A DNA stretch of 64,000 nucleotides from an uncultured Lachnospiraceae bacterium. Lineage in GTDB: Bacteria; Bacillota; Clostridia; Lachnospirales; Lachnospiraceae. The stretch spans positions 4,177 through 68,176 of the forward strand of contig ONMH01000001.1 in assembly GCA_900318875.1 (NCBI GenBank), written 5' to 3'. Below are positions 38,305-47,964 of the stretch, in pieces; position 1 is the stretch's first letter; every line of letters begins with the position of its first letter. The notes below the pieces were generated by a model. It saw nothing but the letters and a program-made list of their open reading frames with translations. It was not told where the DNA came from and did not search any database. The position numbers were made by a program, and so were the translations under genes.

Positions 38305-40037
38305 ACCTTCTCTCCCAATTGGGCGCTTGTCTTTCCGGCATCTTTCTCCCAGTGCCAGTGCCCGGTCTTTTCAAAATCTTCTGCAAGCGCCTCGGCCCGG
38401 CTTGTCACTTCCGGATCAAAGCCGACAGCGCCAAGAAGGCGGATTGCGTTTCGTGTTGTTGCTGGCCCTTCGTGAAGGCGGTAGGAGAAGGTCACGTCCT
38501 TCCCGTCCCAGGTCTCCTCGAAATGGCAGTTTTCGTAGGTTTCTGCAAGGCTCTCTGTCAGCTCCCTGTCATGGGTTGCGGCAAAGACCAGCGTGTCTCT
38601 CCCCGCAAGGTCTTTTAAGATCTCCGTGGAGGCTGCGATGCGCTCTGCGGTGTTCGTGCCGCGAAGCACCTCGTCGATGAGGGCAAGGACGGGGAGGTCC
38701 CCCGCGCCTGCCGCATCCCGGATGCGCTTTAAGGACCGGATCTCCACCATGAAGTAGGAGGCACCGCCTGCGATGGAGTCCCGAAGTGCCATGCTCGAGC
38801 AGATCGCAAAGTGCGGCGCCTCATAGGACTTTGCCGCTGCCGTGTGGATTGTCTGCGCAAGGAGCGCAGAGAGGGCACAGCTCTTTAAGAACGTCGACTT
38901 TCCGGAGGCATTGGAGCCCGTAAGAAGAAGAGACCTGTCTGTTGCAAGATCATTTGGCACGGGATCAGAAAGGAGCGGATGGCAGAGCAATTCTGCATGG
39001 AAAAAGGGCTTTTCGCATCCGTCTGCAAAGGAGGGATCACACCAGAGCGGGAGGCTCTCCCGGAAGGAGGCAACGGCACACTCGGTGTCGATCCTTCCCA
39101 GGAAGGTGGCGAGCGCATCGACATCTTTCCGGTGGGATCTCACCTCGTTTACCATCTTTGCGAACTGGATCAGGTCAACGTGGAAGATCATGCGGATGTA
39201 GTCGAGGATGGCATCCTGGGGATTGCCGGCACCGGACCCTGTGGTCACCCAGAAGGACCCTCTGGAAAATCCGGAGAGGGACCCGCAGATCTTTGAGAGC
39301 GCAGCAAGGTCTTCCCCGGGAAGGTCTGTCTTCAGGGAAAGGATCTTCTCTGCCGCCCGCCTCATCCGGAGAAGGTACCGGATGCAGGAGAGGGACTCCT
39401 GGATCTTTTTCTTCTCCTGGCTGTAGGCCGCGATGTTGAGGACGATCACAGCAAGAAGGAGGATGAGTCCCAGCTGTGCGTTGAAAAGGAGGATTCCGAT
39501 GGAGAGAAAGGGAAGAAGGAGCGCTGCGACATGCTTTCCCGTCTCCTTGGTCTCTGCCTTCTCCAGGGAAGAAAGCCCCTCAAAGAAGCTATAGGTTCCC
39601 ATCCTGCCAAGGTCTGTCTGGATCAGTTCCAGGGCGATGCGGGCGCTCTCATTTTGGGGATCCTGGAGGAAGCGGAGCGTCTTTTCGTGGACAGTCTCCT
39701 CCCCTTTTCCGGTCTCCGGGCTGTGGAGGAGAAAGTATAAATACTCCTCTCCCGCCCCGCTGTGCGTGCTGTCGATCCTGGCAAAGACCTGGTCCATGTC
39801 AAGATCGTTCCAGGTGATGGCATCGATCTGGTTTTCTCTTTTATGGCTCTCCAGGTACCCGCCAAGGTGCTCCCGCCTTGCGGCAGAGATCTTCTTGTCC
39901 GGGATCTTCCCGAAGGCTTTCTGCAGGCGGGAGAACGTCTCCCGTCTTCGTCTTTTTTCGTTTACGGCGCCGAGCGCTGCCACCGCCGCGACGATGACCG
40001 CGGCGAGGAGCCAGAATGCGGCGGTGCTGTCTGTCAT
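38301..40037 (-). CDS. Membrane-anchored MutS-like ATPase (MutS domain V, no mismatch-binding domain)
   Basis: TM segments at the N-terminus and mid-protein; [26 protein letters not shown] and ATHD motifs. Confidence 0.85.
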   Translation of the reverse strand: MTDSTAAFWLLAAVIVAAVAALGAVNEKRRRRETFSRLQKAFGKIPDKKISAARREHLGGYLESHKRENQIDAITWNDLDMDQVFARIDSTHSGAGEEYLYFLLHSPETGKGEETVHEKTLRFLQDPQNESARIALELIQTDLGRMGTYSFFEGLSSLEKAETKETGKHVAALLLPFLSIGILLFNAQLGLILLLAVIVLNIAAYSQEKKKIQESLSCIRYLLRMRRAAEKILSLKTDLPGEDLAALSKICGSLSGFSRGSFWVTTGSGAGNPQDAILDYIRMIFHVDLIQFAKMVNEVRSHRKDVDALATFLGRIDTECAVASFRESLPLWCDPSFADGCEKPFFHAELLCHPLLSDPVPNDLATDRSLLLTGSNASGKSTFLKSCALSALLAQTIHTAAAKSYEAPHFAICSSMALRDSIAGGASYFMVEIRSLKRIRDAAGAGDLPVLALIDEVLRGTNTAERIAASTEILKDLAGRDTLVFAATHDRELTESLAETYENCHFEETWDGKDVTFSYRLHEGPATTRNAIRLLGAVGFDPEVTSRAEALAEDFEKTGHWHWEKDAGKTSAQLGEKV

Positions 40038-41902
40038 GATCTGCCGGTTCTCCCTCTGGCGGCATCCTCCTCCGCCTTCTTTTTCTGCTCATGGAACAGG
40101 GCGAGATCCTCGAGCTTCGAGGTGTCGTCCGTGAGGACATAGTCTGCATCCACCACCGGGTGGATCGCGGAGTACATCGTCTCGTGAATCAGGCTCGGGC
40201 TCACCCTGGAGAGCATGCCCTCCACAAAGGGACTCGTGTTGCCGGAGCCCGTCGTGATCATCTCGAGGGTCCCCTCGATGATCTTGTTGCCGGGTGCCTC
40301 GTTCCACTTGAGGACCAGGTGGTTCTCACTCGAGCACTCGATCTTCAGCATCCTCCTGCAGGCCTCCTCGATGTAGGAGATCTCCAGGGAGAGGACCAAC
40401 TTTCCATCCTCGTTCCAGCCAAAGCGGCCCTTGGAGCCGATCAGGTACTCCTCGCCGTGCATCGTGATGCTCGTGTGGCGGCTCTCGCCGTAGCCGACGG
40501 GAATCCGGAAGACCTCATCCCCCTCGAGAAACTCCAGGGTATAGGAGTCATGCCTGCAGAGAAACCGCAGGTACCGGATGCCGTCTGTGTAGTTGTAGTG
40601 GACGACCTGCATGATGAGCGGGAACAGGCCGATGCCCTTCGAGCGCATCTCATAGACCCTGCCGTTCAGGCGGTAGATTGCATCAAAGCCTGCGGTGGAG
40701 ACCCTGGGCGGTCTTCCCCAGCCGCCGGAGCGGATGATCGGAATCCGCTTCTTCTCATCCGTGGAGGCGGCGATCCTCGTCAGGTTTCGCACGCCTGCGG
40801 GATTCTCCGGGAGCGGATGGTCTGCGCCAAAGTCCTCCGTCAGGTACGAGCGCAGGATCTGCGTCATCGTGCCGTTTGCAAAGACCTCGGTGTTGCCCGC
40901 GTTGACGACGGCAATTGTATTCAAGGACGGATAGATATAGACGTTCTGCCCCAGCATGCCGTTGTACATGAAGGACCCGGGGAGGTTTCCGATCCAGAGC
41001 TGATAGCCGTAGAACGGGTTGTCATCCCGCCCGGTTGCAATCTGGGGCTTTGTGGATTCCTCGACCCACTCCCTGGAGATCAGCTGCTTTCCGTTCCACA
41101 TCCCGTGGTCCAGGTAGAGCTTCCCGAGCTTTGCCGCATCCTCCGGGGTCAGAAACATGCCCCAGCCTGCCTTTGTGATCCCCGTTGGGGAGGACTCCCA
41201 GAAGACCTTGGTGATGCCCATCGGGGCAAAGAGCTTCTCCTTCAGGTAGTCGAACATCGTCTTTCCGGTGATCCTCGAGACAATGGCGGAGAGGATGAAG
41301 GAGTTCATGCTGTTGTAGTCGAACTGGGTCCCGAAGGGAAACTTTGCGCTGGACTCAAAGTAGGACTTCACCCAGTCATTGCCGGAGATCGCCCCGACCT
41401 CGTTGAAGGAGACGCCGGTGGACATCGTGAGCAGGTGCCGGATCGTCAGGTCCCTGTAGCGGAGCCTTGCAAGGATCGCCTGGGGCGTGTTGGAGTCCTC
41501 AAAGAACGAGAGCACCCGGTCATTGACATTGAGCTTTCCCTCGTCGTGAAGGAGTCCGATCGCCATGCCTGTGAAGCTCTTGCACATCGAGTAGGTGATG
41601 TGCCAGATGCCGGGGCGGTAGGCGCCGAAGGCGTGCTCCAGGATCACGTGGCCATTGCGCACGATGAAGAGCTGGTGGAGGTTTACGTTCTCCGAGGAGA
41701 GGAGCTCCGACATCATGCGGGAGAGCTTTTCGCTCTCAACGCCCTGTGCCTCCGGGGTGCTCCGGGGAAACGGCTGCTGCAGGGGCGATACGAGGTCAAA
41801 CGGAGGCTTCTGGGGCTTGTAGTCCACACGCCCCAGCTCTCCGGTTTTCCGGTTCATCAGTTCCCAGAACAGCTCCATAAATGCGAGACTCTGACTTGCC
41901 AT
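40034..41902 (-). CDS. Serine hydrolase (beta-lactamase/AmpC-like family) with C-terminal extension
   Basis: YSMCKS (SxxK), HLLTMSTG, FDYNS and YGYQLW motifs. Confidence 0.85.
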   Translation of the reverse strand: MASQSLAFMELFWELMNRKTGELGRVDYKPQKPPFDLVSPLQQPFPRSTPEAQGVESEKLSRMMSELLSSENVNLHQLFIVRNGHVILEHAFGAYRPGIWHITYSMCKSFTGMAIGLLHDEGKLNVNDRVLSFFEDSNTPQAILARLRYRDLTIRHLLTMSTGVSFNEVGAISGNDWVKSYFESSAKFPFGTQFDYNSMNSFILSAIVSRITGKTMFDYLKEKLFAPMGITKVFWESSPTGITKAGWGMFLTPEDAAKLGKLYLDHGMWNGKQLISREWVEESTKPQIATGRDDNPFYGYQLWIGNLPGSFMYNGMLGQNVYIYPSLNTIAVVNAGNTEVFANGTMTQILRSYLTEDFGADHPLPENPAGVRNLTRIAASTDEKKRIPIIRSGGWGRPPRVSTAGFDAIYRLNGRVYEMRSKGIGLFPLIMQVVHYNYTDGIRYLRFLCRHDSYTLEFLEGDEVFRIPVGYGESRHTSITMHGEEYLIGSKGRFGWNEDGKLVLSLEISYIEEACRRMLKIECSSENHLVLKWNEAPGNKIIEGTLEMITTGSGNTSPFVEGMLSRVSPSLIHETMYSAIHPVVDADYVLTDDTSKLEDLALFHEQKKKAEEDAARGRTGRS

Positions 41903-41926
41903 GGCATACCTCCGTTTGAAATCAGA

Positions 41927-42604
41927 TCAGCGGTTCTCCTTTGCGACCACGTGATCCCTGTCCTTGTAGATGTGCGATGCGGGAACGCAGCCGCGCACCA
42001 TGGAGAGCGGATAGATGTTGGTGTGGGGGCCGATGACGGAGCCGGGATTCAGGACGCTGTTGCAGCCGACCTCCACCCAGTCGCCGAGGATGGCACCCAT
42101 CTTCCGGTAGCCCGTTGCAAGGGTGTCCGCTCCGTCATGCAGGACGACGTTCGTCCTGTCAGACTTGATGTTGCTCGTGATGGCGCCTGCCCCCATGTGG
42201 GCGTGGAAGCCGAGGACCGAGTCCCCGACGTAGTTGTAGTGGGGAACCTCACAGTTGTTGAACAGGACGACGTTCTTGAGCTCGCAGCTGTTGCCGACGA
42301 CGCACTTCTTTCCGACGATCGCCTTGCCGCGGATGAAGGCGCACTGGCGGAGCTCTGCACCCTCGTCGATGATGCAGGGGCCTGCGATGTAGGCGGAGTC
42401 AAAGATGTGGGCACTCTTTGCGATCCAGATGTCGTCGCCGCGCTTCTCAAACTTATCTTCCGGGAGCGTGTTTCCAAGGCGCACGATAAAGTCCCCGATG
42501 TCCGGCAGGACCTCCCAGGGATAGGTCTTCCCGGAGAAGAGCTCTTTTGCGATGGTCTCCTCGAGGGAGAGCATGTTTTCGATACGGTATGCTTCAAAGG
42601 ACAT
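41927..42604 (-). CDS. Stand-alone left-handed beta-helix acyltransferase resembling the GlmU C-terminal domain
   Basis: Hexapeptide repeats; PHYNYVGDSVLG, GAGAITSN and GCNSVLNPG motifs. Confidence 0.8.
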   Translation of the reverse strand: MSFEAYRIENMLSLEETIAKELFSGKTYPWEVLPDIGDFIVRLGNTLPEDKFEKRGDDIWIAKSAHIFDSAYIAGPCIIDEGAELRQCAFIRGKAIVGKKCVVGNSCELKNVVLFNNCEVPHYNYVGDSVLGFHAHMGAGAITSNIKSDRTNVVLHDGADTLATGYRKMGAILGDWVEVGCNSVLNPGSVIGPHTNIYPLSMVRGCVPASHIYKDRDHVVAKENR

Positions 42605-42665
42605 GATTGGTTCAATACCTCCTTATTCTCTGCTTTGTTTCTATGTTGAAATCGTGAGCTTTCCC

Positions 42666-44825
42666 TTACTTCTTTGGGGAATCCGTTTTTGCGGTTGTCT
42701 TTCCCGTGCGTGTGTCGGTGGACTTTTTCGGAGCGGTCTTCCCGGAGGAGAAGTTCCCCTTTCCCGCATAGCGGGTCTTGGAGAAGTTCATCTTCCTGGG
42801 ATAGTACGGTGCCTCCTTCTCGAACTGGGCCCGGAGCGCTCCCGCGTAGTTGGTCTCCTTCACGTGGTTTGTCCTGCGGGTGATAAAGCCCTCGAGCTTT
42901 TCCATGTATTCGTCTTCGGTGACGGTGCCCTCGGCAACCCTCGAGAGTCCCATCTCCCAGGATGCCGTGAGCTTGGGATCCAGAAGCGATCGGATCGAGC
43001 AGTCGCAGACGTCGTAGATCATCTCGCCGAGCTGCGTCGGCGTGTAGATCTGGGTCTTTGCGTTGAGGTCCAGGTACCGGTTGGTGACGAGCTTTTTCAG
43101 GATGTCTGCTCTTGTCGCGGAGGTCCCGATGCCGGAGCCCTTGATCTGCTCGCGCAGCGTCTCATCCTCGATGAACTGGCCTGCATTCTCCATGGTGAGG
43201 ATCAGGGACCCGGAGTTGTAGCGCTTTGGCGGCTGTGTCTGGCCCTCCCTGATCTCATACCCCTCTGCGGAAAGGACATCGCCTTTTTTGAGGTGCTCCA
43301 GCACCTTCGAGAGGTCCACGGTCTCCCTGGCTGCTCCCTCTCCGTCTGTCTGCTCCTCCGCCTCCCCCTTCTTTTTGCGGAAGGAGTAATCGTTCACCTC
43401 GAGGTATCCGGGGTCCTTCAGGACCTTCTGGCTCGTCCCGAAGTGCTCGCCGCGGACCTTCACAGACAGCGATATTTTATCAAAGATGGCAGGCGGATAA
43501 AAGATGGCAAGGAACCTGCGCACAATGAGCTCGTAGACCTTTGCTGAGGTCGGGGAGAGGGAGGGCAGGGCGGAGAACCCCTGCCCCGTCGGGATGATTG
43601 CGTAATGGTCTGTGATCATCGCATCATTCGTATACTTGGTCTTTCCGATCTTCTTGTCTGTGCCGGAGGCGAGGATCTTCTTTACATACGGCGCAAACAT
43701 CGGCTGGGAGCTGACACCGTTCAAATTTTCGTCAATGACCTTGGCTACCGCCGAGGAGAGGACACGGGCGTCGGTCCTGGGGTAGGTCGTGAGCTTTTTC
43801 TCATACAGCTCCTGGGCGATCGCAAGCGTCTGGTCCGGGGAGATCTTGAAGTACCTGGAGCAGTCGTTCTGGAGCTCTGCGAGGTTGTAGAGCGTCGGCG
43901 GATTCTTGACCTCCTTTTTGTGGGAGATCGCATCGACCCTTGGCGTGTTGTCCGGCTCCCCGGGGGCGGTAAGATAAGTGATCAGCTCCTCTGCATCCTC
44001 CCGCTTTAAGAAACCGTTGTCCCGATAGAGCTTCGGGGACTGAAAGCAGCGGCTTCCCTCCACAGCAGACCAGTCCGCTGTAAAGGTTAAGAGGTTCCCC
44101 TCTGCATCCTTCTTTCCAAAGGTCCCGACCACCCGGAAGAACGGGGTCGGCACGAAGGCACGGATCTCCCGCTCCCTCCTTACGACAATCCCGAGGACAC
44201 AGGTCATGACGCGGCCGACGGCGATGACGCACCGGTCCATGCCGAGAAAGTCTGCGATCGGGTACCTGTACTTCAGCGTCAGGGCCCGGGAGAAGTTGAT
44301 CCCCATCAGGTAGTCTTCCTTTGCCCGCAGGTAGGCTGCAGCGCCCAGGTTGTCATAGGCGGAGTCGTCCTTTGCCTCCCGGATGCCGCGCAGGATCTCC
44401 TCCTTTGTCTGGGAGTCGATCCAGACGCGCTTCTGCTCCTTGCCGTGGACGCCGGCCTGCTTTGCGACGAGGCGGTAGATGTACTCTCCCTCCCTCCCGG
44501 AGTCGGTGCAGATGTAAATCCGGTCCACGTCCTTCGAGGTCAGGATGTTCCTGACGGTGTTGTACTGCTTCTTTGTGCCGCCGTCATTGATCACCTCATA
44601 CCGGAACTCCTTTGGCAGGAACGGGAGCGTGTCCATGGACCAGCGCTTTAACTTCGGATCATAGGCCTCGGGATAGCTCATCGTGACGAGGTGCCCGAGG
44701 CACCAGGTGATGATGGTGTCCTTCCCCTCCATGTATCCGTCTCTGCGCGTTAAAGGGATGCCCAGCGCATCTGCAAACTGCTGTGCAACACTTGGTTTCT
44801 CTGAAATAAATACAACTTTACCCAT
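42666..44825 (-). CDS. topB: Type IA topoisomerase, DNA topoisomerase III family
   Basis: ISEKPS, GHL, TDSGREGE, GRV.T, TYPRTD (catalytic Tyr) and GIGTSATR motifs; start MGKVV. Confidence 0.9.
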   Translation of the reverse strand: MGKVVFISEKPSVAQQFADALGIPLTRRDGYMEGKDTIITWCLGHLVTMSYPEAYDPKLKRWSMDTLPFLPKEFRYEVINDGGTKKQYNTVRNILTSKDVDRIYICTDSGREGEYIYRLVAKQAGVHGKEQKRVWIDSQTKEEILRGIREAKDDSAYDNLGAAAYLRAKEDYLMGINFSRALTLKYRYPIADFLGMDRCVIAVGRVMTCVLGIVVRREREIRAFVPTPFFRVVGTFGKKDAEGNLLTFTADWSAVEGSRCFQSPKLYRDNGFLKREDAEELITYLTAPGEPDNTPRVDAISHKKEVKNPPTLYNLAELQNDCSRYFKISPDQTLAIAQELYEKKLTTYPRTDARVLSSAVAKVIDENLNGVSSQPMFAPYVKKILASGTDKKIGKTKYTNDAMITDHYAIIPTGQGFSALPSLSPTSAKVYELIVRRFLAIFYPPAIFDKISLSVKVRGEHFGTSQKVLKDPGYLEVNDYSFRKKKGEAEEQTDGEGAARETVDLSKVLEHLKKGDVLSAEGYEIREGQTQPPKRYNSGSLILTMENAGQFIEDETLREQIKGSGIGTSATRADILKKLVTNRYLDLNAKTQIYTPTQLGEMIYDVCDCSIRSLLDPKLTASWEMGLSRVAEGTVTEDEYMEKLEGFITRRTNHVKETNYAGALRAQFEKEAPYYPRKMNFSKTRYAGKGNFSSGKTAPKKSTDTRTGKTTAKTDSPKK

Positions 44826-44948
44826 GCGGTTTTCCTGATCGTTTCGTCCCGATTCTCTGGCTGAATTCTGCGCCGACCGGCGCGGTGAGAAAAAGACAGT
44901 CGGGGCACTGCCCCGCTTATAAGCCATTCGGAGTGTAGTCCGATTTTA

Positions 44949-44977
44949 ATCCATTCGGATCTTGAATCCGAATGGAT
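44949..44977. repeat. Perfect 12-bp inverted repeat upstream of topB
   Basis: ATCCATTCGGAT-CTTGA-ATCCGAATGGAT; a third CCATTCGGA copy lies at 44924-44932. Confidence 0.85.
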
Positions 44978-45281
44978 ATATTTTCTCACGAATCCGTCTT
45001 TTCTTCCAGAGCCTGGACTGAAAAAAGGGAGAAAGGGAGAATCTGCATCGATCTTCATCGGGGCGCAGGTATCATCAGATCGGATCACTGCCAATTTCTG
45101 GAATGCGCTGCACCGGGTCACCTGTGAGGCAGCAGATTCTGCCGGCGGGGCCGTTTTGCCGCAGCCTTTTCCCTGTCCCCGGAAAGCCCGCGGCCGCCTG
45201 CAGAGATGCTGCAGGAAGCCGCAGAGGTCTGTATCTCTTTCTGGGGGACAAGGGCGTTTGCAGGGGCAGAGCAGCAGGCAG

Positions 45282-45320
45282 AAAATAAAAAAGACGTACA
45301 GGAAGGTCTCCTGTACGTCT
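45282..45320 (-). terminator. Intrinsic terminator of argH-asd
   Basis: Stem AGACGTACAGG/CCTGTACGTCT with a long T-tract on the minus strand. Confidence 0.85.
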
Positions 45321-45355
45321 GCCCCGGCAGGCTGCCTGCCGTTTCGTTTGTCTTA

Positions 45356-46444
45356 TTACTTGTGCTGGATCAGGCCCTGCTCCTTTAAGAGCTCTGCGCA
45401 CTCGACAGCGCCGCCTGCGGCACCGCGGAGCGTGTTGTGGGAGAGACCGACGAACTTCCAGTCAAAGAGCGTGTCCTCTCTCAGGCGTCCGATGGAGACA
45501 CCCATGCCGTTCTCGTAGTTCACATCCTTTGTGACCTGAGGGCGGTCATCCTCCTCGAGGTACTGGATGAAGTGCTCCGGTGCGGACGGAAGAGCGAGCT
45601 CCTGGGGAACGCCGGCATAGCCGCGCAGCTTTGCGATCAGCTCATCCTTTGTGGGCTTCTTGCGGAAGTTGACAAAGACCGCTGCGGTGTGGCCATAGAG
45701 GACCGGCACGCGCAGGCACTGGCAGGTGATGAGCGGGGACTCCGCAGGGACGATGGCACCCTTCTCGGGATCCACATGGCCGAAGATGCGCAGAGGCTCC
45801 TTTTCGCTCTTCTCCTCCTCGCCGGAGATGAAGGGGATGATGTTGCCGACCATCTCAGGCCAGTCCTTGAAGGTCTTGCCGGCGCCGGAGATTGCCTGGT
45901 AGGTAGTTGCTGCCACCTGGTAGGGCTCAAACTCCTTCCACGCGGCAAGGGCCGGAGTGTAGGACTGGATGGAGCAGTTGGGCTTGACAGCGATAAAGCC
46001 CCTCGTGGTGCCAAGGCGCTTCTTCTGATACCGGATGACCTCTGTGTGCTCCGGGTTGATCTCCGGGATGATCATCGGGACATCCGGGGTCCAGCGGTGT
46101 GCGGAGTTGTTGGAGACGACAGGCGTCTCGGTCTTTGCGTACTCCTCCTCGATCGCACGGATCTCATCCTTGGACATGTTTACGGCGGAGAGGACAAAGT
46201 CCACATCCTCTGCGACGCTCTTCACATCCGCAACGTCCTTCACGACGATCTTTGCGGCCGCTTCCGGAACGGTTCCGTCGAGCTTCCATCTTCCCTCTAC
46301 GGCCTCGCCGTAGGTCTTTCCTGCGCTTCTTCCGGAGGCAGCGATCTCCGCCACCTCAAACCACGGATGATGCTCCAGGATCTGGATGAATCTCTGACCG
46401 ACCATGCCGGTGCCGCCAAGTACGCCAACTCGTAATTTCTCCAT
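45356..46444 (-). CDS. asd: Aspartate-semialdehyde dehydrogenase
   Basis: GGTGMVGQRF, SNNSAHR, PNCS (catalytic Cys), TYQAISGAG and HNT.RGAAG motifs. Confidence 0.96.
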   Translation of the reverse strand: MEKLRVGVLGGTGMVGQRFIQILEHHPWFEVAEIAASGRSAGKTYGEAVEGRWKLDGTVPEAAAKIVVKDVADVKSVAEDVDFVLSAVNMSKDEIRAIEEEYAKTETPVVSNNSAHRWTPDVPMIIPEINPEHTEVIRYQKKRLGTTRGFIAVKPNCSIQSYTPALAAWKEFEPYQVAATTYQAISGAGKTFKDWPEMVGNIIPFISGEEEKSEKEPLRIFGHVDPEKGAIVPAESPLITCQCLRVPVLYGHTAAVFVNFRKKPTKDELIAKLRGYAGVPQELALPSAPEHFIQYLEEDDRPQVTKDVNYENGMGVSIGRLREDTLFDWKFVGLSHNTLRGAAGGAVECAELLKEQGLIQHK

Positions 46445-46461
46445 TGTCTTGTCCTCTCTTT

Positions 46462-47865
46462 TTATGCCTGAACCGGGATGTCCTTTTTGGCCTCCCGGAG
46501 CCACTGCCTGCTGTTTTGGATCTCCTCTTCCATCGCCTTCTCGCCGGGGGCGCCCTTTGTGAGGCGCTTTTCGACGCAGGTCTTTAAGGAGATCGCATCG
46601 TAGATATCGGAATCAAACTGGTCGGAGAACCGGTGGAACTCCTCCAGGGTCAGATCGTCCAGGGCCTTGCCATTGTCGATGCAGTACAGGACCATCTGTC
46701 CGATGATGCCGTGGGCATCCCGGAACGGAACGCCCTTGCAAACGAGGTAGTCGGCTGCATCCGTCGCGTTGGTAAAGCCGTGCTTTGCGGATCTCTCCAT
46801 CACGTCCTTTCGGAACGATGCAGTGGAGAGCATGCCCTCCATCATCTCGAGACATCCGGCGGCGGTTGTCACCGCATCGAACACCGGCTCCTTGTCCTCC
46901 TGCAGGTCCTTGTCGTAGGCAAGGGGGAGGCCCTTCATGACGGTGAGAAGGCTCATCAGGTCTCCGTAGACCCGTCCGGTCTTGCCCCTTGTCAGCTCCG
47001 CAAAGTCGGGATTCTTTTTCTGCGGCATGATCGAGGAGCCCGTGGAGAAGGCATCATCGAGCTCGATGTAGCGGTACTCATTCGTGTTCCAGATGCAGAT
47101 TTCCTCGGAGAGCCTTGAGAGGTGCATCATGATGATGGCAAGGTCCGATAAAAACTCAAGGAGAAAGTCCCGGTCGGAGACGGAGTCCATGGAGTTCTCC
47201 GTGGGCGCCGTAAAGCCAAGCTCTTTTGCGGTGAATGCCCGGTCCAGGGGATAGGTGGTCCCCGCGAGGGCTCCGGAACCAAGCGGGCAGAAGTTCTCCC
47301 GCAAGCGGCAGTCCTTTAGCCTCTGGCAGTCGCGCTTAAACATCTCGAAGTAGGCGCCGAAGTGGTGGGCGAGGGTCACGGGCTGTGCCTTCTGCAGGTG
47401 TGTAAAGCCCGGCATGAAGGTCTCCGTGTTCTTCTCCATGAGACTTATGATCGTCTCCTCGAGAGCGAGGAGCTTTTCGGATACCATGTCGATCGCATTT
47501 CTCGTCCAGAGCTTCATGTCGAGGGCGACCTGGTCGTTTCTCGATCTTCCGGTGTGGAGTCTCTTTCCGTCGTCTCCGATGCGGGCAATGAGCGTTGCCT
47601 CCACAAAGCTGTGGATGTCCTCGTAGTCATTGGGGATGGACAGCTTCCCTGCGTCGAGGTCATCGTAGATGGACTGAAGGCCCTCTACGATGTGGTCTGC
47701 CTCCTCTTTTGTGAGGATTCCCTGCTTTCCCAGCATCTTTGCGTGGGCGATGCTGCCTGTGATGTCCTCTCTCCAGAGGATCTTGTCAAAGTAGATGGAA
47801 TCGCCCAGCTGCTTTGTCGTGGAACTTGTCTGTTTGGTAAATCTGCCGCCCCAGAGCTGCGCCAT
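46462..47865 (-). CDS. argH: Argininosuccinate lyase
   Basis: LWGGRF, HTGRSRNDQ, MPGFTHLQ.AQP and GSSIMPQKKNPD motifs. Confidence 0.97.
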   Translation of the reverse strand: MAQLWGGRFTKQTSSTTKQLGDSIYFDKILWREDITGSIAHAKMLGKQGILTKEEADHIVEGLQSIYDDLDAGKLSIPNDYEDIHSFVEATLIARIGDDGKRLHTGRSRNDQVALDMKLWTRNAIDMVSEKLLALEETIISLMEKNTETFMPGFTHLQKAQPVTLAHHFGAYFEMFKRDCQRLKDCRLRENFCPLGSGALAGTTYPLDRAFTAKELGFTAPTENSMDSVSDRDFLLEFLSDLAIIMMHLSRLSEEICIWNTNEYRYIELDDAFSTGSSIMPQKKNPDFAELTRGKTGRVYGDLMSLLTVMKGLPLAYDKDLQEDKEPVFDAVTTAAGCLEMMEGMLSTASFRKDVMERSAKHGFTNATDAADYLVCKGVPFRDAHGIIGQMVLYCIDNGKALDDLTLEEFHRFSDQFDSDIYDAISLKTCVEKRLTKGAPGEKAMEEEIQNSRQWLREAKKDIPVQA

Positions 47866-47911
47866 GTTTTCTCCTTTATGCTTTTGGGTTTGTCGCTGCG
47901 TTTAATACGGT

Positions 47912-47940
47912 ATTGTAGGGGATTGCCCGTAGGAATGCAA
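47912..47940 (-). promoter_or_regulatory. Sigma-A-type promoter of argH
   Basis: TTGCAT-17 bp-TACAAT on the minus strand. Confidence 0.7.
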
Positions 47941-47964
47941 ATGTCATACCCCGTGCCGGGCGGT

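Noticed and set aside
40091-42649. 852-aa plus-strand ORF and many other long antisense ORFs (e.g. 17293-18633, 21434-22612, 24318-25679)
   Set aside because: They lie exactly opposite well-conserved minus-strand genes and show no recognisable motifs. They are shadow ORFs caused by high GC3 and stop-codon scarcity.
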